A stretch of 64,000 bases of DNA, from contig CAIYOD010000164.1 in assembly GCA_903927755.1 (NCBI GenBank), positions 742 through 64,741 on the forward strand, given 5' to 3'. Position numbers and translations under genes: made by a program. Within the stretch, counting starts at the first letter, position 1; each line of letters opens with the position of its first letter. This document shows positions 1-8,678 of this stretch, one piece after another. The DNA is from an uncultured Thermoleophilia bacterium. GTDB lineage: Bacteria; Actinomycetota; Thermoleophilia; UBA2241. The notes under the pieces were generated by a model. It was given only the letters and a program-made list of their open reading frames with translations, was not told where the DNA came from and did not search any database.

Positions 1-1247
1 ACCGCGGCTACTGCGATGAGCACGCCGAGGGCGAGCCACGGCTGCCGGCGAGCATCGGCGCCTCGACCCTCCGCGATCACAGCTGCCCGCGCCGGACCCG
101 CGACCGCCTCCAGAGCCCACGCCACGAAGACACCACTCGCCATGAGCCCTGGGAGCAGCCCCACGGGCGCGTTCACGTAGCCGGCGGCGCTGGTGAACGC
201 GGTCGTGGCGCCGGCGATCACCGCAGGCGCCCACACCCAGTAGAGCAGCCGGGCCCCGGCCTCCCGCTTCTCGCGCGGCACGAACAGGTACAAGTACGGC
301 GCGAGCAGGACGTAGACGATCACGAGTCCGCCCGAGTCCAGCAGAGGGCGCTGCCCGGCGAGCCACAGCGCCACCGGCAGCGCGGCGAGGAGGACGCGCC
401 CGACGCGCGGCCAGCGCGTGAAGACAAGGTAGACGAGCAGGGCCGCCACGACGAGATACGGCCGCGACCAGAGAAACCGCAGAAAGCCTTGGGCGACACC
501 ATAGGCCTTGTCGGCGCCGCCCAACTGGTCCAACTCGTCGGCCACCGACATGGTGTAGGCCCAGGACCCTTGCAGATTCGCGAGGCCGAAGCTGAGAGTG
601 AGCAGGCCGACCGGAACGAGCACGACGATGCCCCCCAGGACCCAGTAACTGATCGCCCGCCAGGCTGGATGCCCCGTGGGCGGGCCATCCGGGTCGGGCG
701 GCCGCGCGAACGCAAACTCCGCCAACATACCCACCGACCGTCTCCCCATGGCGAGAGCCATGAGGACGGCGTAGAAGGGCATGACGAACAGCAGCGTCGG
801 GTACGCGACCACGGCCAGGCCATAGGCGACGCCGGAGGCGAGAGCCCAGGCGCGGCCGCCGCTCCACGTCACGACCGCGAGGCCGAGCGCCGCGCCCAGC
901 GTCAGCAGCGCGGCGCCCATCGTGTTGTAACTCAGCTGCGGCGTCTCCCAGTGGATGAAGGTCACGAAGACGAGCGCCACAGCGACGGAGAGCTCCCAGC
1001 GCACCAGGCGACGCAAGACGACGAACACGACCACGGCGACGCCGATCATGAGCAGCAGGTAGAGGTGCCTCGTGTAGAGGACGAGGCCCGTGACGTCGTA
1101 GTCGCGGAGCACGCCGAAGATCTTGACGAACGGATACGAAAGGAAGCCGCTGACCTGGGCGAGGTTCTCCTCATCCACGAACGGCGTATCGCCGAGGGCC
1201 CACCTCCAGGGCACGAGGATGTAGAAGCTCTCGTCTTGCAGGTCCAT
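1..1247 (-). CDS. Polytopic membrane protein, ArnT/PMT_2-like GT-C glycosyltransferase. The 3' end runs off the left edge, so it is absent from the ORF track.
   Basis: Own minus-strand translation from ATG 1247: MDLQDESFYILVPWRWALGDTPFVDEENL..., then continuous hydrophobic helices with no stop down to base 1. The DE-x-F-Y loop motif resembles the first periplasmic loop of ArnT/PMT-type GT-C enzymes. An in-frame TM helix lies upstream, so the start may be ATT at 1403. Confidence 0.6.
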   Translation of the reverse strand, partial: MDLQDESFYILVPWRWALGDTPFVDEENLAQVSGFLSYPFVKIFGVLRDYDVTGLVLYTRHLYLLLMIGVAVVVFVVLRRLVRWELSVAVALVFVTFIHWETPQLSYNTMGAALLTLGAALGLAVVTWSGGRAWALASGVAYGLAVVAYPTLLFVMPFYAVLMALAMGRRSVGMLAEFAFARPPDPDGPPTGHPAWRAISYWVLGGIVVLVPVGLLTLSFGLANLQGSWAYTMSVADELDQLGGADKAYGVAQGFLRFLWSRPYLVVAALLVYLVFTRWPRVGRVLLAALPVALWLAGQRPLLDSGGLVIVYVLLAPYLYLFVPREKREAGARLLYWVWAPAVIAGATTAFTSAAGYVNAPVGLLPGLMASGVFVAWALEAVAGPARAAVIAEGRGADARRQPWLALGVLIAVAA

Positions 1248-1392
1248 CCCGAGAAAGAGACGCCGCCAGGTGAGGATGACCCCGGCGACCGCAGCCGCGA
1301 GCGCGGTGGCGCCGAAGAGGACGGCGGACGCAGAGCGGACGCCGCGCGCTTCGCCGTCCGAGGAGTGCGAGACGCCAGCGTCGGCGTCGGCT

Positions 1393-2349
1393 TCAGTCGA
1401 AATTGATGCGCTCCTTCTCGATCACCAGCGGGCGATGGTACACCTGTGTGTGGATCGACCCGATGTACTCACCCAGCATCCCGATGAAGAAGAGTTGCAC
1501 GCTGGCGAACAGATACACACCGATCACCAGCGGAGCCAGGCCGAGCTCGAACGTGTCCCACATCGTCAGCTTGAGGATGAGATAGACGAGCGCCACCAGG
1601 AGCGCCAGCAGCGACGACGCGAACCCGGCCATCGCCGCCAGGCGAAGCGGGACCTTGCTGTGGTTGGTGATGCCGAGCATGGCCATGTCGTACAGCGTGT
1701 AGAAGTTGTTCTTGGTGATGCCTCGATGTCGCGTCGGCTGGGTGTAGAGGATCTCGGCGCGCTCGTAGCCGAGGTCGCAGATCAGCCCGCGGAAGTACGG
1801 ATACGGGTCGTCGATCTCGCGGAGCGTGTCCATGACGACCCGGTCGTACAGCCCGAACCCCGTGAAGTTCCGCACCAGTGGAACCTCGCTGAGCCGGTCG
1901 ACGAGCCGGTAGAACATGCCGCGCAGGAAGAACATGGCGCGCTTCTCGCGGCTCTCCTGCTTCACGCCGACGACGACCTTGTAGCCCGCCTCCCACTTGG
2001 CGACGAAATCGCGGATCATCTCGGGCGGGTCCTGCAAGTCGGCGACGATGCTGATCACCGCGTCGCCGCGCGCCTGCAACAGCCCGTGGAACGGCGAGCG
2101 GATATGGCCGAAGTTGCGCGTGTTGACGATGACCTTGACTCTGCGGTCCTCGGCGCAGATCCCGCGAAGGATCTCGACGGTGCGGTCCGTCGACGCATTG
2201 TCGATGAATACGTGTTCCCAGGTGTAGGGCTCATCGCCGCGCGGGGGCAGCGTCTCGAGTACTTCGCGTACCTGACGATGCACCTCGGCGACGTTCTGCT
2301 CCTCGTTGAAACACGCTGTGACCACACTCAGCATGGGCACGCCGATCAC
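1393..2349 (-). CDS. GT2 polyprenol-phosphate glycosyltransferase (GtrB/DPM1/ArnC-like)
   Basis: MLSVVTACFNEEQN..FIDNASTDRT..IVADLQDPPEMI, plus two C-terminal TM helices. Start is either GTG 2349 (GTGA overlap with the upstream stop) or ATG 2334. The ORF track extends to 2385. Confidence 0.85.
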   Translation of the reverse strand: MIGVPMLSVVTACFNEEQNVAEVHRQVREVLETLPPRGDEPYTWEHVFIDNASTDRTVEILRGICAEDRRVKVIVNTRNFGHIRSPFHGLLQARGDAVISIVADLQDPPEMIRDFVAKWEAGYKVVVGVKQESREKRAMFFLRGMFYRLVDRLSEVPLVRNFTGFGLYDRVVMDTLREIDDPYPYFRGLICDLGYERAEILYTQPTRHRGITKNNFYTLYDMAMLGITNHSKVPLRLAAMAGFASSLLALLVALVYLILKLTMWDTFELGLAPLVIGVYLFASVQLFFIGMLGEYIGSIHTQVYHRPLVIEKERINFD

Positions 2350-3557
2350 ATCCTTCGTTCCTCGGGCACACCGTACACCACGCACTCGAACGAGTCGTGG
2401 CGATGCGCCCTAAGGTAGAGCGCGTAACCGTCGGTGAGTTCGGCCACCAGCCTGGGCAATTCCCATAAGTCGCCAGGACGATGATAGGCGGAAATAGCGA
2501 GCAGGGGTCTCTGCTCGCGAAGGAGAGCGCGCGCGCCGAGGAGCGTCGCGGCCTCGGCTCCTTCAACATCCATCTTGATGTACGTGACCCGCTCACCGCC
2601 GAGAACATCGTCCAACCGCGCGCACGGCACCGACACGGCCTCTTCGGCGTCGTACACGCCATCTACCAAGGCCGCGGTGCTGGAGGCCCCATCGCCGCCG
2701 GCGAAGACGCAGACTCCGTTCTCGGAACTGGTCGCGAGGCGGTGAACGGCGACTCGGCGACCGACGTCGTCGCCGAGCTCGTCGATTGTGCGCAGGAGGA
2801 CTTCGTGGTTGTCGGGGTCGGGTTCGAACGCGTGGATCGTCGCGAACGACGGCATCCTGTGCACCAGATCGACGATAGTGTCGCCCGTGTACGCCCCGCA
2901 GTCCACGAAGGCCTCGTCCTCGCGGAGGCGGACCACATCACACGGGAAGTACTGGTCCGGCTGCACGGCGTCGATCTCTGCGAAGTCGCCGGAGACCCGC
3001 CAGGCTATCTGCCCAATGTAGATCGTCATCGAAAGGTCGTCGGCCCAAACGCGCGCCTGTTCGAGGATGGAGTCGCGAGCGGCCAGAGTCGTAGTCGGCA
3101 GCGATGCCGCGTACTGCGGGAGGAGCGGCCCTCCCAGCGCGCGGACGATCTCCAGCCAAGAAGACACTCTGTGACAGCCCATCGCCTCCAGCCTCGCCCT
3201 GCTCTGCACAAACGAGTGGTCCCCGTTCCAGATCGCGACGACGAACAGGGCGTCCCCGCCCCAGCGACGCGCCGCGTCCTCGTGAGACACGACGGGCACG
3301 CCGAGCAGCCTGCTGCCGTGCAGTGCCCTATTGTGGTCGGCGAAGGCGATGACCGGCAGCGACCTCTTGAGCAGTTCGGCTCCGAGGCGCCGACCGAGTC
3401 CGCCCGCGCCGACGAGAACGACGGGAGGCGCGGTCGCGGATGTCAGCGCGACCGCCAGCCGACGCTCTCTCTCGCGTGCTGGTGCCGCCCCCTCGGCAAG
3501 CACGGCGTCCAGCTCGGGGACGCGCCCTGCGATCGGTGGGTGGTCGAGCGGCTGCAT
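2346..3557 (-). CDS. FkbM-family methyltransferase with N-terminal Rossmann-like domain
   Basis: C-terminal half has AFEPDPDNHEVL and IKMDVEGAEAATL, typical of FkbM SAM methyltransferases. The N-terminus has VVLVGAGGLGRRLG. Confidence 0.8.
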   Translation of the reverse strand: MQPLDHPPIAGRVPELDAVLAEGAAPARERERRLAVALTSATAPPVVLVGAGGLGRRLGAELLKRSLPVIAFADHNRALHGSRLLGVPVVSHEDAARRWGGDALFVVAIWNGDHSFVQSRARLEAMGCHRVSSWLEIVRALGGPLLPQYAASLPTTTLAARDSILEQARVWADDLSMTIYIGQIAWRVSGDFAEIDAVQPDQYFPCDVVRLREDEAFVDCGAYTGDTIVDLVHRMPSFATIHAFEPDPDNHEVLLRTIDELGDDVGRRVAVHRLATSSENGVCVFAGGDGASSTAALVDGVYDAEEAVSVPCARLDDVLGGERVTYIKMDVEGAEAATLLGARALLREQRPLLAISAYHRPGDLWELPRLVAELTDGYALYLRAHRHDSFECVVYGVPEERRM

Positions 3558-3561
3558 CCCC

Positions 3562-4128
3562 TCAATCCCTTTCTGCGGTCATCTCGTCAGTATCGCTGTC
3601 ACGCCGGAGTTGCTTCCCCTTTCCCCGCGCCCCCGCTCCGAAGCTGTAGTACTTGTGGCCCACGTAGCTCGCCACCACCACTCCGGCCGTGAACACCGCC
3701 TGGATCACGTATGCGTTCACAGGCAGGGCTCTCGAGGCAAGAGGAAAGAAGATCAGATTCACCGCCATTGTCACCAGATAGACAATCGAGAATCGCGGCA
3801 GCTCGTACAGCACCCGGCCGTGGCTCCGGAACACGACGTAGCGATAGCCGAGATACGCATTCGCGATGGAGACCATATACGACAACACGATGATGACGGC
3901 ATTGCTGAGCGCGCCGTTCAGCAGGTAGTAGAGGACGGCGAACACGCCGTAGCCGAAGAGGGTGTTCCAGGCGCCTATCGCGAGATACAGCAGCTGCTCT
4001 CGATAGCGCTGGAACCGGCACGGGATCAGACGATCGGCCGCATGTTGAACCCAGAGACGACGCGGGTGGACCTCGTCCTGCTCAGGCGCGGCCGGAGCCG
4101 TGCCCCCTGCCGCTCGGTGAGAAGACAA
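3562..4128 (-). CDS. GtrA-family membrane protein (putative polyprenol-phosphate-sugar flippase)
   Basis: Small four-helix membrane protein with LLYLAIGAWNTLFGYGVFAVLYYLL and GYRYVVFRS, both GtrA-like signatures. Confidence 0.75.
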   Translation of the reverse strand: MSSHRAAGGTAPAAPEQDEVHPRRLWVQHAADRLIPCRFQRYREQLLYLAIGAWNTLFGYGVFAVLYYLLNGALSNAVIIVLSYMVSIANAYLGYRYVVFRSHGRVLYELPRFSIVYLVTMAVNLIFFPLASRALPVNAYVIQAVFTAGVVVASYVGHKYYSFGAGARGKGKQLRRDSDTDEMTAERD

Positions 4129-4134
4129 GACCGG

Positions 4135-4926
4135 TCACCGCGTCCAGGCGGCAGGCGCGCGCCCGAGAATCGCCGGCACCTGCTCGACGCTCGCAAGTAC
4201 GCGCCCAAGAGGATCCTCGGAGGCATCCGGCGGCGTCGGGAGCTTCACCCCAGCTCCGGGAGCAGGAACGTACGCCCATGCACACCCGCATCGCCTGGCC
4301 ATCCCGATGTCGCTCGTCCATGAATCGCCCACGACCAGGATCTCGCGCGGCGCCAGACGGTGGTCCGCGGCAGCCCACTCGAGCATGAACGGCTCCGGCT
4401 TGCCGACGACCGCGTCCGCACTGCGCCCGCACTGCGTCTCCACGAGCGCGAGCACGCGGCCGCAGCCGGGCTTCGCAACCCCCGAGGGCCCCGGATAAGT
4501 GAGGTCGCGATTGCAGCCGACGAGCATGCACTCTCTCCGCGCCACCCTGACGGCCAGGGCCGCGGGCAGGAGCCGCGGCTCATCCCCCACCGCCTGCCTC
4601 CGGTCCAAGCCCACTACGACCGCGTCCGCCTCCCCCTCGTCCCGGACGACACGCATGCCGGCAGCGGCCAGCTCCGCGCCGAGGGCCAGCGTCCCGAGAA
4701 CCCACACACACTCGACGCTCTGGGCGCCGAGCCAGCGGGCCGTTACGGCCGCAGAGGAATACACGGCGTCGAGAGCCGCGGGAATCCCGATACCGACCAG
4801 CGCATCGCCGATTTCCCCCCGCGTCCTTCCCGACGCATTGGTCAGATAGAGCGCTTGGCGGCCAGTCGCACGGACCTCCGCCACCGCCTCAGAAGCTCCG
4901 GCCACCACCTCGCCGGCGAGCAGCAA
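4135..4926 (-). CDS. HAD-superfamily hydrolase, subfamily IIA (NagD-like phosphatase); true start probably upstream of 4926
   Basis: LYLTNASGRTR and VVGDSWTSDIGMA motifs. The catalytic motif I (FDLDGTLL) is encoded in frame at 4927-4944, upstream of the first ATG/GTG/TTG. Confidence 0.7.
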   Translation of the reverse strand: MLLAGEVVAGASEAVAEVRATGRQALYLTNASGRTRGEIGDALVGIGIPAALDAVYSSAAVTARWLGAQSVECVWVLGTLALGAELAAAGMRVVRDEGEADAVVVGLDRRQAVGDEPRLLPAALAVRVARRECMLVGCNRDLTYPGPSGVAKPGCGRVLALVETQCGRSADAVVGKPEPFMLEWAAADHRLAPREILVVGDSWTSDIGMARRCGCAWAYVPAPGAGVKLPTPPDASEDPLGRVLASVEQVPAILGRAPAAWTR

Positions 4927-4996
4927 CGTGCCGTCCAGGTCAAACGCGACCGCGCGGATTCCCTCGATCTGCCGCAGCGCACCTGTGTCGCGCGGG

Positions 4997-5815
4997 CTAT
5001 TCGTAGCGACCCCCCGCCGCCTCGATCATGCGATCGTAGCGGCTCTGGAGCATCTCGATGCGAGCATGGTCCTCCTCGAAGATACAGCCGTAAAAGTCGC
5101 GCTTGTTCTTGAGCCACATGAGCTCGAACCCGACGGCCTTGAGGATGCCCTTGTCGGCCTCGCCCCCAAGGCCTTCCGGACACGCGAAGACGACCTTGCG
5201 GGTCTCGTACCGGTCGATGCAGCGCTCGGGCAGACGGCGCATGAAATCCAGCGTTGCCGCCGACACCCCGCCTCCGAGCGCGCACTCCATGTCCAGCGCC
5301 TTGGCGCGCGTGAACAGCCTGGCCGCGACCTCGAAGACCTCGTCGCTGTTGATGTCCTCACGCGTTAGACCCATGGAACCGCACATGTCGACCCTGCCGA
5401 GGACGATGCCGTCGAGTTCGCGGACCTCGTCGAGTTCCAGCATAGAATCGAAGTTGGCCACACCGGTGACCGTTTCGATGTTCACGCAGAACGACACCTG
5501 ATCGCGTTCGTCTTCGGGAAACGCGAGCTTGACCGCCATGAGGAACTTGTGCAGCGCCCACGGCGACTCGACCATCGGGCCCACCACGCGGTCCACCCCG
5601 ATCACCCGCGCTTCGTACATGTCGCGCACGGCCTCGCACCCACCGACCTTCATGGTCAGCCCGAGGCCTGCGGCGGAGATGACCTCCTTCAGCCGGATGG
5701 CCTCCTCGAGGCGAGTACCCTCCGCCTCGAATTCCGCCTTGACGCCGATGACATGGTGGTTCTCCCGCAGATCCTGCAATTGCTCGACCATCTTGCGTTC
5801 GAGTTCGTTCATCAC
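4997..5815 (-). CDS. HpcH/HpaI-type aldolase / citrate-lyase-beta-like TIM-barrel protein
   Basis: VVGPMVESPWAL and NIETVTGVANFDSMLEL..LDGIVLGRVDMCGSMGL resemble the HpcH/HpaI core motifs. The N-terminal region is atypical. Confidence 0.55.
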   Translation of the reverse strand: MMNELERKMVEQLQDLRENHHVIGVKAEFEAEGTRLEEAIRLKEVISAAGLGLTMKVGGCEAVRDMYEARVIGVDRVVGPMVESPWALHKFLMAVKLAFPEDERDQVSFCVNIETVTGVANFDSMLELDEVRELDGIVLGRVDMCGSMGLTREDINSDEVFEVAARLFTRAKALDMECALGGGVSAATLDFMRRLPERCIDRYETRKVVFACPEGLGGEADKGILKAVGFELMWLKNKRDFYGCIFEEDHARIEMLQSRYDRMIEAAGGRYE

Positions 5816-5816
5816 T

Positions 5817-7784
5817 TCACCTCTCTTCGGCCGCGTACCGCGGCCCGATCATGTTCTGAGCGAACTCCTCAGAGCTCAGGAACGGGAACATGTCCTCCAG
5901 CGGCTTGGACACGAGACGCCCATCAGGAAGCCGCTGCGCGATGACCTTGGGCGTGAAGGCCCGCTCAGGATCCATGGCTACATCCACCAGCGCCGCTCCC
6001 TCGCTTGCGAGGGCGGCCCCGATGGCCTCGTCGAGCTCGTCGTGGCGGGTGACTCGGGTCGCCTCGATGCCATACGCGCCCGCAACGGCGACCATGTCCG
6101 GGAACGTGAGACCACTGCCCGGCCCCTCGCCCACCCTGTAGCCGTCGAAGATGTTGTCCTGCGTCTGCCGGATCGAGACATAGCCGGCGTTGTCGAACAC
6201 GAAGATCTTCACCGGCAGACGATGCTGCGCAATCGTCTGCAACTCCTGGATGTTCATCTGTATGCTCCCGTCTCCGGCCAGGCAGACCACGCGCCCCGGC
6301 GGAGTGGACGGCGCGGCGTCCCCACGGCGCGCGAACGCAGCACCGACGGCGGCTGGGACATCGTAGCCCATTCCGGCCGTGCCCGAGTTGACGAGCAGGC
6401 GTTGGCGGCGCTTGAAGGCGAAGGCCTGGATCGTGATCACACAGGCCGAACCATTCGCGCACACCACAAGGTCTCCTTCCTCCAACTGCGCCGACAGTCG
6501 CTCAACGAAGACATACGGGTCTATCGGCGTCGCACTGCCCCGGGCCTCAGGCAGCATCACCGGGTAGCGGCGACGGCGCTCCAGACACCACTCGATCCAC
6601 TTGGCATGGGGCTCGACGGGCTCTCGTGCGGCCAAGCGTGCCAGTTCCTCGAGGAAGAACCGCACGTCCGCCTGCACCGCCAGGTCCGGGAAGACCGTCG
6701 GCTTGGCGAGCTCCGCTTCGTCGATGTCCACGACGATGCGATAGGCATGGTGGGCGAACGCCGCGAACTCGTAACCCACCTGCCGGACGTTCAGCCGGCA
6801 TCCCAACACGAGGGCGAGGTCCGCGTTCTGCAGCGCGAAGTTCCCCGCCCGATCGCCGACGCTCCCCGGCCTTCCGGCGAACAGCGGATGACCGTCCCAC
6901 AGCAGGTCGCAGGCATTCCAGGCTGTGCACACAGGCACGCCGAGCGCATCGATGACCTCCAGGAGAAGGTCGTGCGCTCCGGTCAGGCGCACTGCCCCGC
7001 CGGCCAGGATGACCGGATGCTCCGCCGCGCGGAGGCGGTCGAGTGTCTCGCGCGCCGCGGCTCGTGCGGCCTCACGGTCGAAGCGGCCGCTGAGGGCCCC
7101 CGGCGCCTGGGCGGCCGGTTGGATGGCAGGCCACGGTTCAAGAGCAGGGCCGGGTGGCCGCGGTACCTGCTCATGGGCGCCAGACCGCCCGGTCGTCTCG
7201 GCGCCTTCCGTCTCGTCCTCGAACTCGGCCGGATCGAATCCGAACAGACGGACCGGATCCACTTCCGCCGCCTGGACGTCGAGAGGGAAGTCCAGCCACA
7301 CCGGGCCCGGACGGCCATGCGTGGCCAGCCACGCGGCTTTCTCGAAGTGATAGCGTGCGGTGGCCGGATCGGTGACCGACACCGCATACTTCGTAATGGG
7401 GGCGACCAGGCGGACGATGTCCGCCTCTTGGTCGCCCAGTTGGCGCAGCGGAAGTCCCGTGCTCGCGACGGTCGTGTCGCGCCGGACCTGTCCGGACACG
7501 CAGAGCCCTGCGATCGAGTCGTGCCACTGGCCGAGGACGCCAGTGATCGCGTTCGTGCCCCCCGGGCCGGTGGTGACGCAGGCCACACCGATGCCGCCCG
7601 ACGTCCTGGCATAGCCCTCGGCGGCGATCGTGCACGCCTGCTCATGATGGCAGAACACCAGGTCAAGGTCGTCCCGCCGTCCGAGGGCGTCGTCAAGATG
7701 CATGGCGCCGCCGCCGGTCACAAGGAAGACGTGATGTACGCCCAGACCGGCGACTGCTTCGGCCACATAGTCAGCGACTCTCAA
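5817..7784 (-). CDS. Thiamine-diphosphate-dependent enzyme of the acetolactate-synthase/YerE type (three-domain)
   Basis: N-terminus HHVFLVTGGGAMHL..HEQACTIAAEGYAR; ThDP-binding motif CLAGDGSIQMNIQELQT..VFDNAGY; has a low-complexity insert near residue 200. Confidence 0.85.
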   Translation of the reverse strand: MRVADYVAEAVAGLGVHHVFLVTGGGAMHLDDALGRRDDLDLVFCHHEQACTIAAEGYARTSGGIGVACVTTGPGGTNAITGVLGQWHDSIAGLCVSGQVRRDTTVASTGLPLRQLGDQEADIVRLVAPITKYAVSVTDPATARYHFEKAAWLATHGRPGPVWLDFPLDVQAAEVDPVRLFGFDPAEFEDETEGAETTGRSGAHEQVPRPPGPALEPWPAIQPAAQAPGALSGRFDREAARAAARETLDRLRAAEHPVILAGGAVRLTGAHDLLLEVIDALGVPVCTAWNACDLLWDGHPLFAGRPGSVGDRAGNFALQNADLALVLGCRLNVRQVGYEFAAFAHHAYRIVVDIDEAELAKPTVFPDLAVQADVRFFLEELARLAAREPVEPHAKWIEWCLERRRRYPVMLPEARGSATPIDPYVFVERLSAQLEEGDLVVCANGSACVITIQAFAFKRRQRLLVNSGTAGMGYDVPAAVGAAFARRGDAAPSTPPGRVVCLAGDGSIQMNIQELQTIAQHRLPVKIFVFDNAGYVSIRQTQDNIFDGYRVGEGPGSGLTFPDMVAVAGAYGIEATRVTRHDELDEAIGAALASEGAALVDVAMDPERAFTPKVIAQRLPDGRLVSKPLEDMFPFLSSEEFAQNMIGPRYAAEER

Positions 7785-7790
7785 GATAGC

Positions 7791-8678
7791 CTACCTATCG
7801 GTTTCAAAGGCGGAGACCTCGAGAGTATCCAGCCGGCCGGCGTACCAAGACAGGAGGCGGGAGACACCCTCCTCCGTCGTAGTGAAGGAAACGGCCGGCA
7901 GGGCCTCCGCGAGCTTCGCGCCGTCGCCAGAATATTCGTCACCGGCGCCCTGGTCCCTGACCACCACGGGCACGTCTCGGCCGGAAACGCGGATGACGAG
8001 GTCGGCCAGCTCACGCAGACTGACCGGATCTCCAGGAGTCACGTTGTAGGCCCCAGGGGGCAGCCCGGACGGACCGCAGTCGAGCGCGCGCTCAACGACC
8101 GCAACGAGATCATCCACCCAGACGTAGCTGAATCGCCGATCCTGACGGAGCGTGACCGGCATGCCGAGAAGCGCCTTGCAACAAGCGTTCGAGATGAACC
8201 TGATCGCGTAGTCCTCTCCCGGCCCGTAGACACCGAAGGGTCGCAACTCGACAGCGTTGTGATCGTTGGCCAGCCAGAGCGCCTCCACATACTTCGAGAA
8301 CCCATGCTCATCTGCTGGCACCCGGTCGCCCAGAGCCTCTTCAGGGACGCGCACCACGGGGCGCTGGGCGCCGTAGACCGCTCCCGAGCCCAGCACCACC
8401 AAGCGTCCGAAGGCGTCGCGGCAGCGGACGAGACTGTAGAACTGCCTGAGGTTGCGCTCGGCGAGGTGATCCCGGTCGGCCGCATTGCGATGCCCCGGCT
8501 TGACGGCCGCGTGGACGACAGCGTCAACCGGGTGCGCGGCCAGCCAGCGCCGGACTGCGTCTGCATCGACCAGATCGAGCTCCGCATGTGTCGGTGCAAG
8601 GACTCCATGGACGGCGCTCAGACCAAGGACGAGGCGTCGGCCGATGAAGCCGCTCCCGCCCGTCACCAGCACTCTCAC
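7791..8678 (-). CDS. NAD-dependent sugar epimerase/reductase (SDR), similar in size to CDP-abequose/paratose synthases
   Basis: MRVLVTGGSGFIGRRL Rossmann motif and a YxxxK-type motif (FSKYVEALW). GTGA overlap with the upstream gene. Confidence 0.85.
   Translation of the reverse strand: MRVLVTGGSGFIGRRLVLGLSAVHGVLAPTHAELDLVDADAVRRWLAAHPVDAVVHAAVKPGHRNAADRDHLAERNLRQFYSLVRCRDAFGRLVVLGSGAVYGAQRPVVRVPEEALGDRVPADEHGFSKYVEALWLANDHNAVELRPFGVYGPGEDYAIRFISNACCKALLGMPVTLRQDRRFSYVWVDDLVAVVERALDCGPSGLPPGAYNVTPGDPVSLRELADLVIRVSGRDVPVVVRDQGAGDEYSGDGAKLAEALPAVSFTTTEEGVSRLLSWYAGRLDTLEVSAFETDR

Noticed and set aside
4997-7784. Phosphonate biosynthesis (PEP mutase plus phosphonopyruvate decarboxylase) as an explanation for the TIM-barrel/ThDP gene pair
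   Set aside because: The TIM-barrel protein shows HpcH/HpaI-type motifs (PMVES, IET..G..D) rather than PEP-mutase motifs. The ThDP enzyme is a full three-domain ALS/YerE-type protein, not the shorter two-domain Ppd type. This cannot be fully excluded without profile searches.
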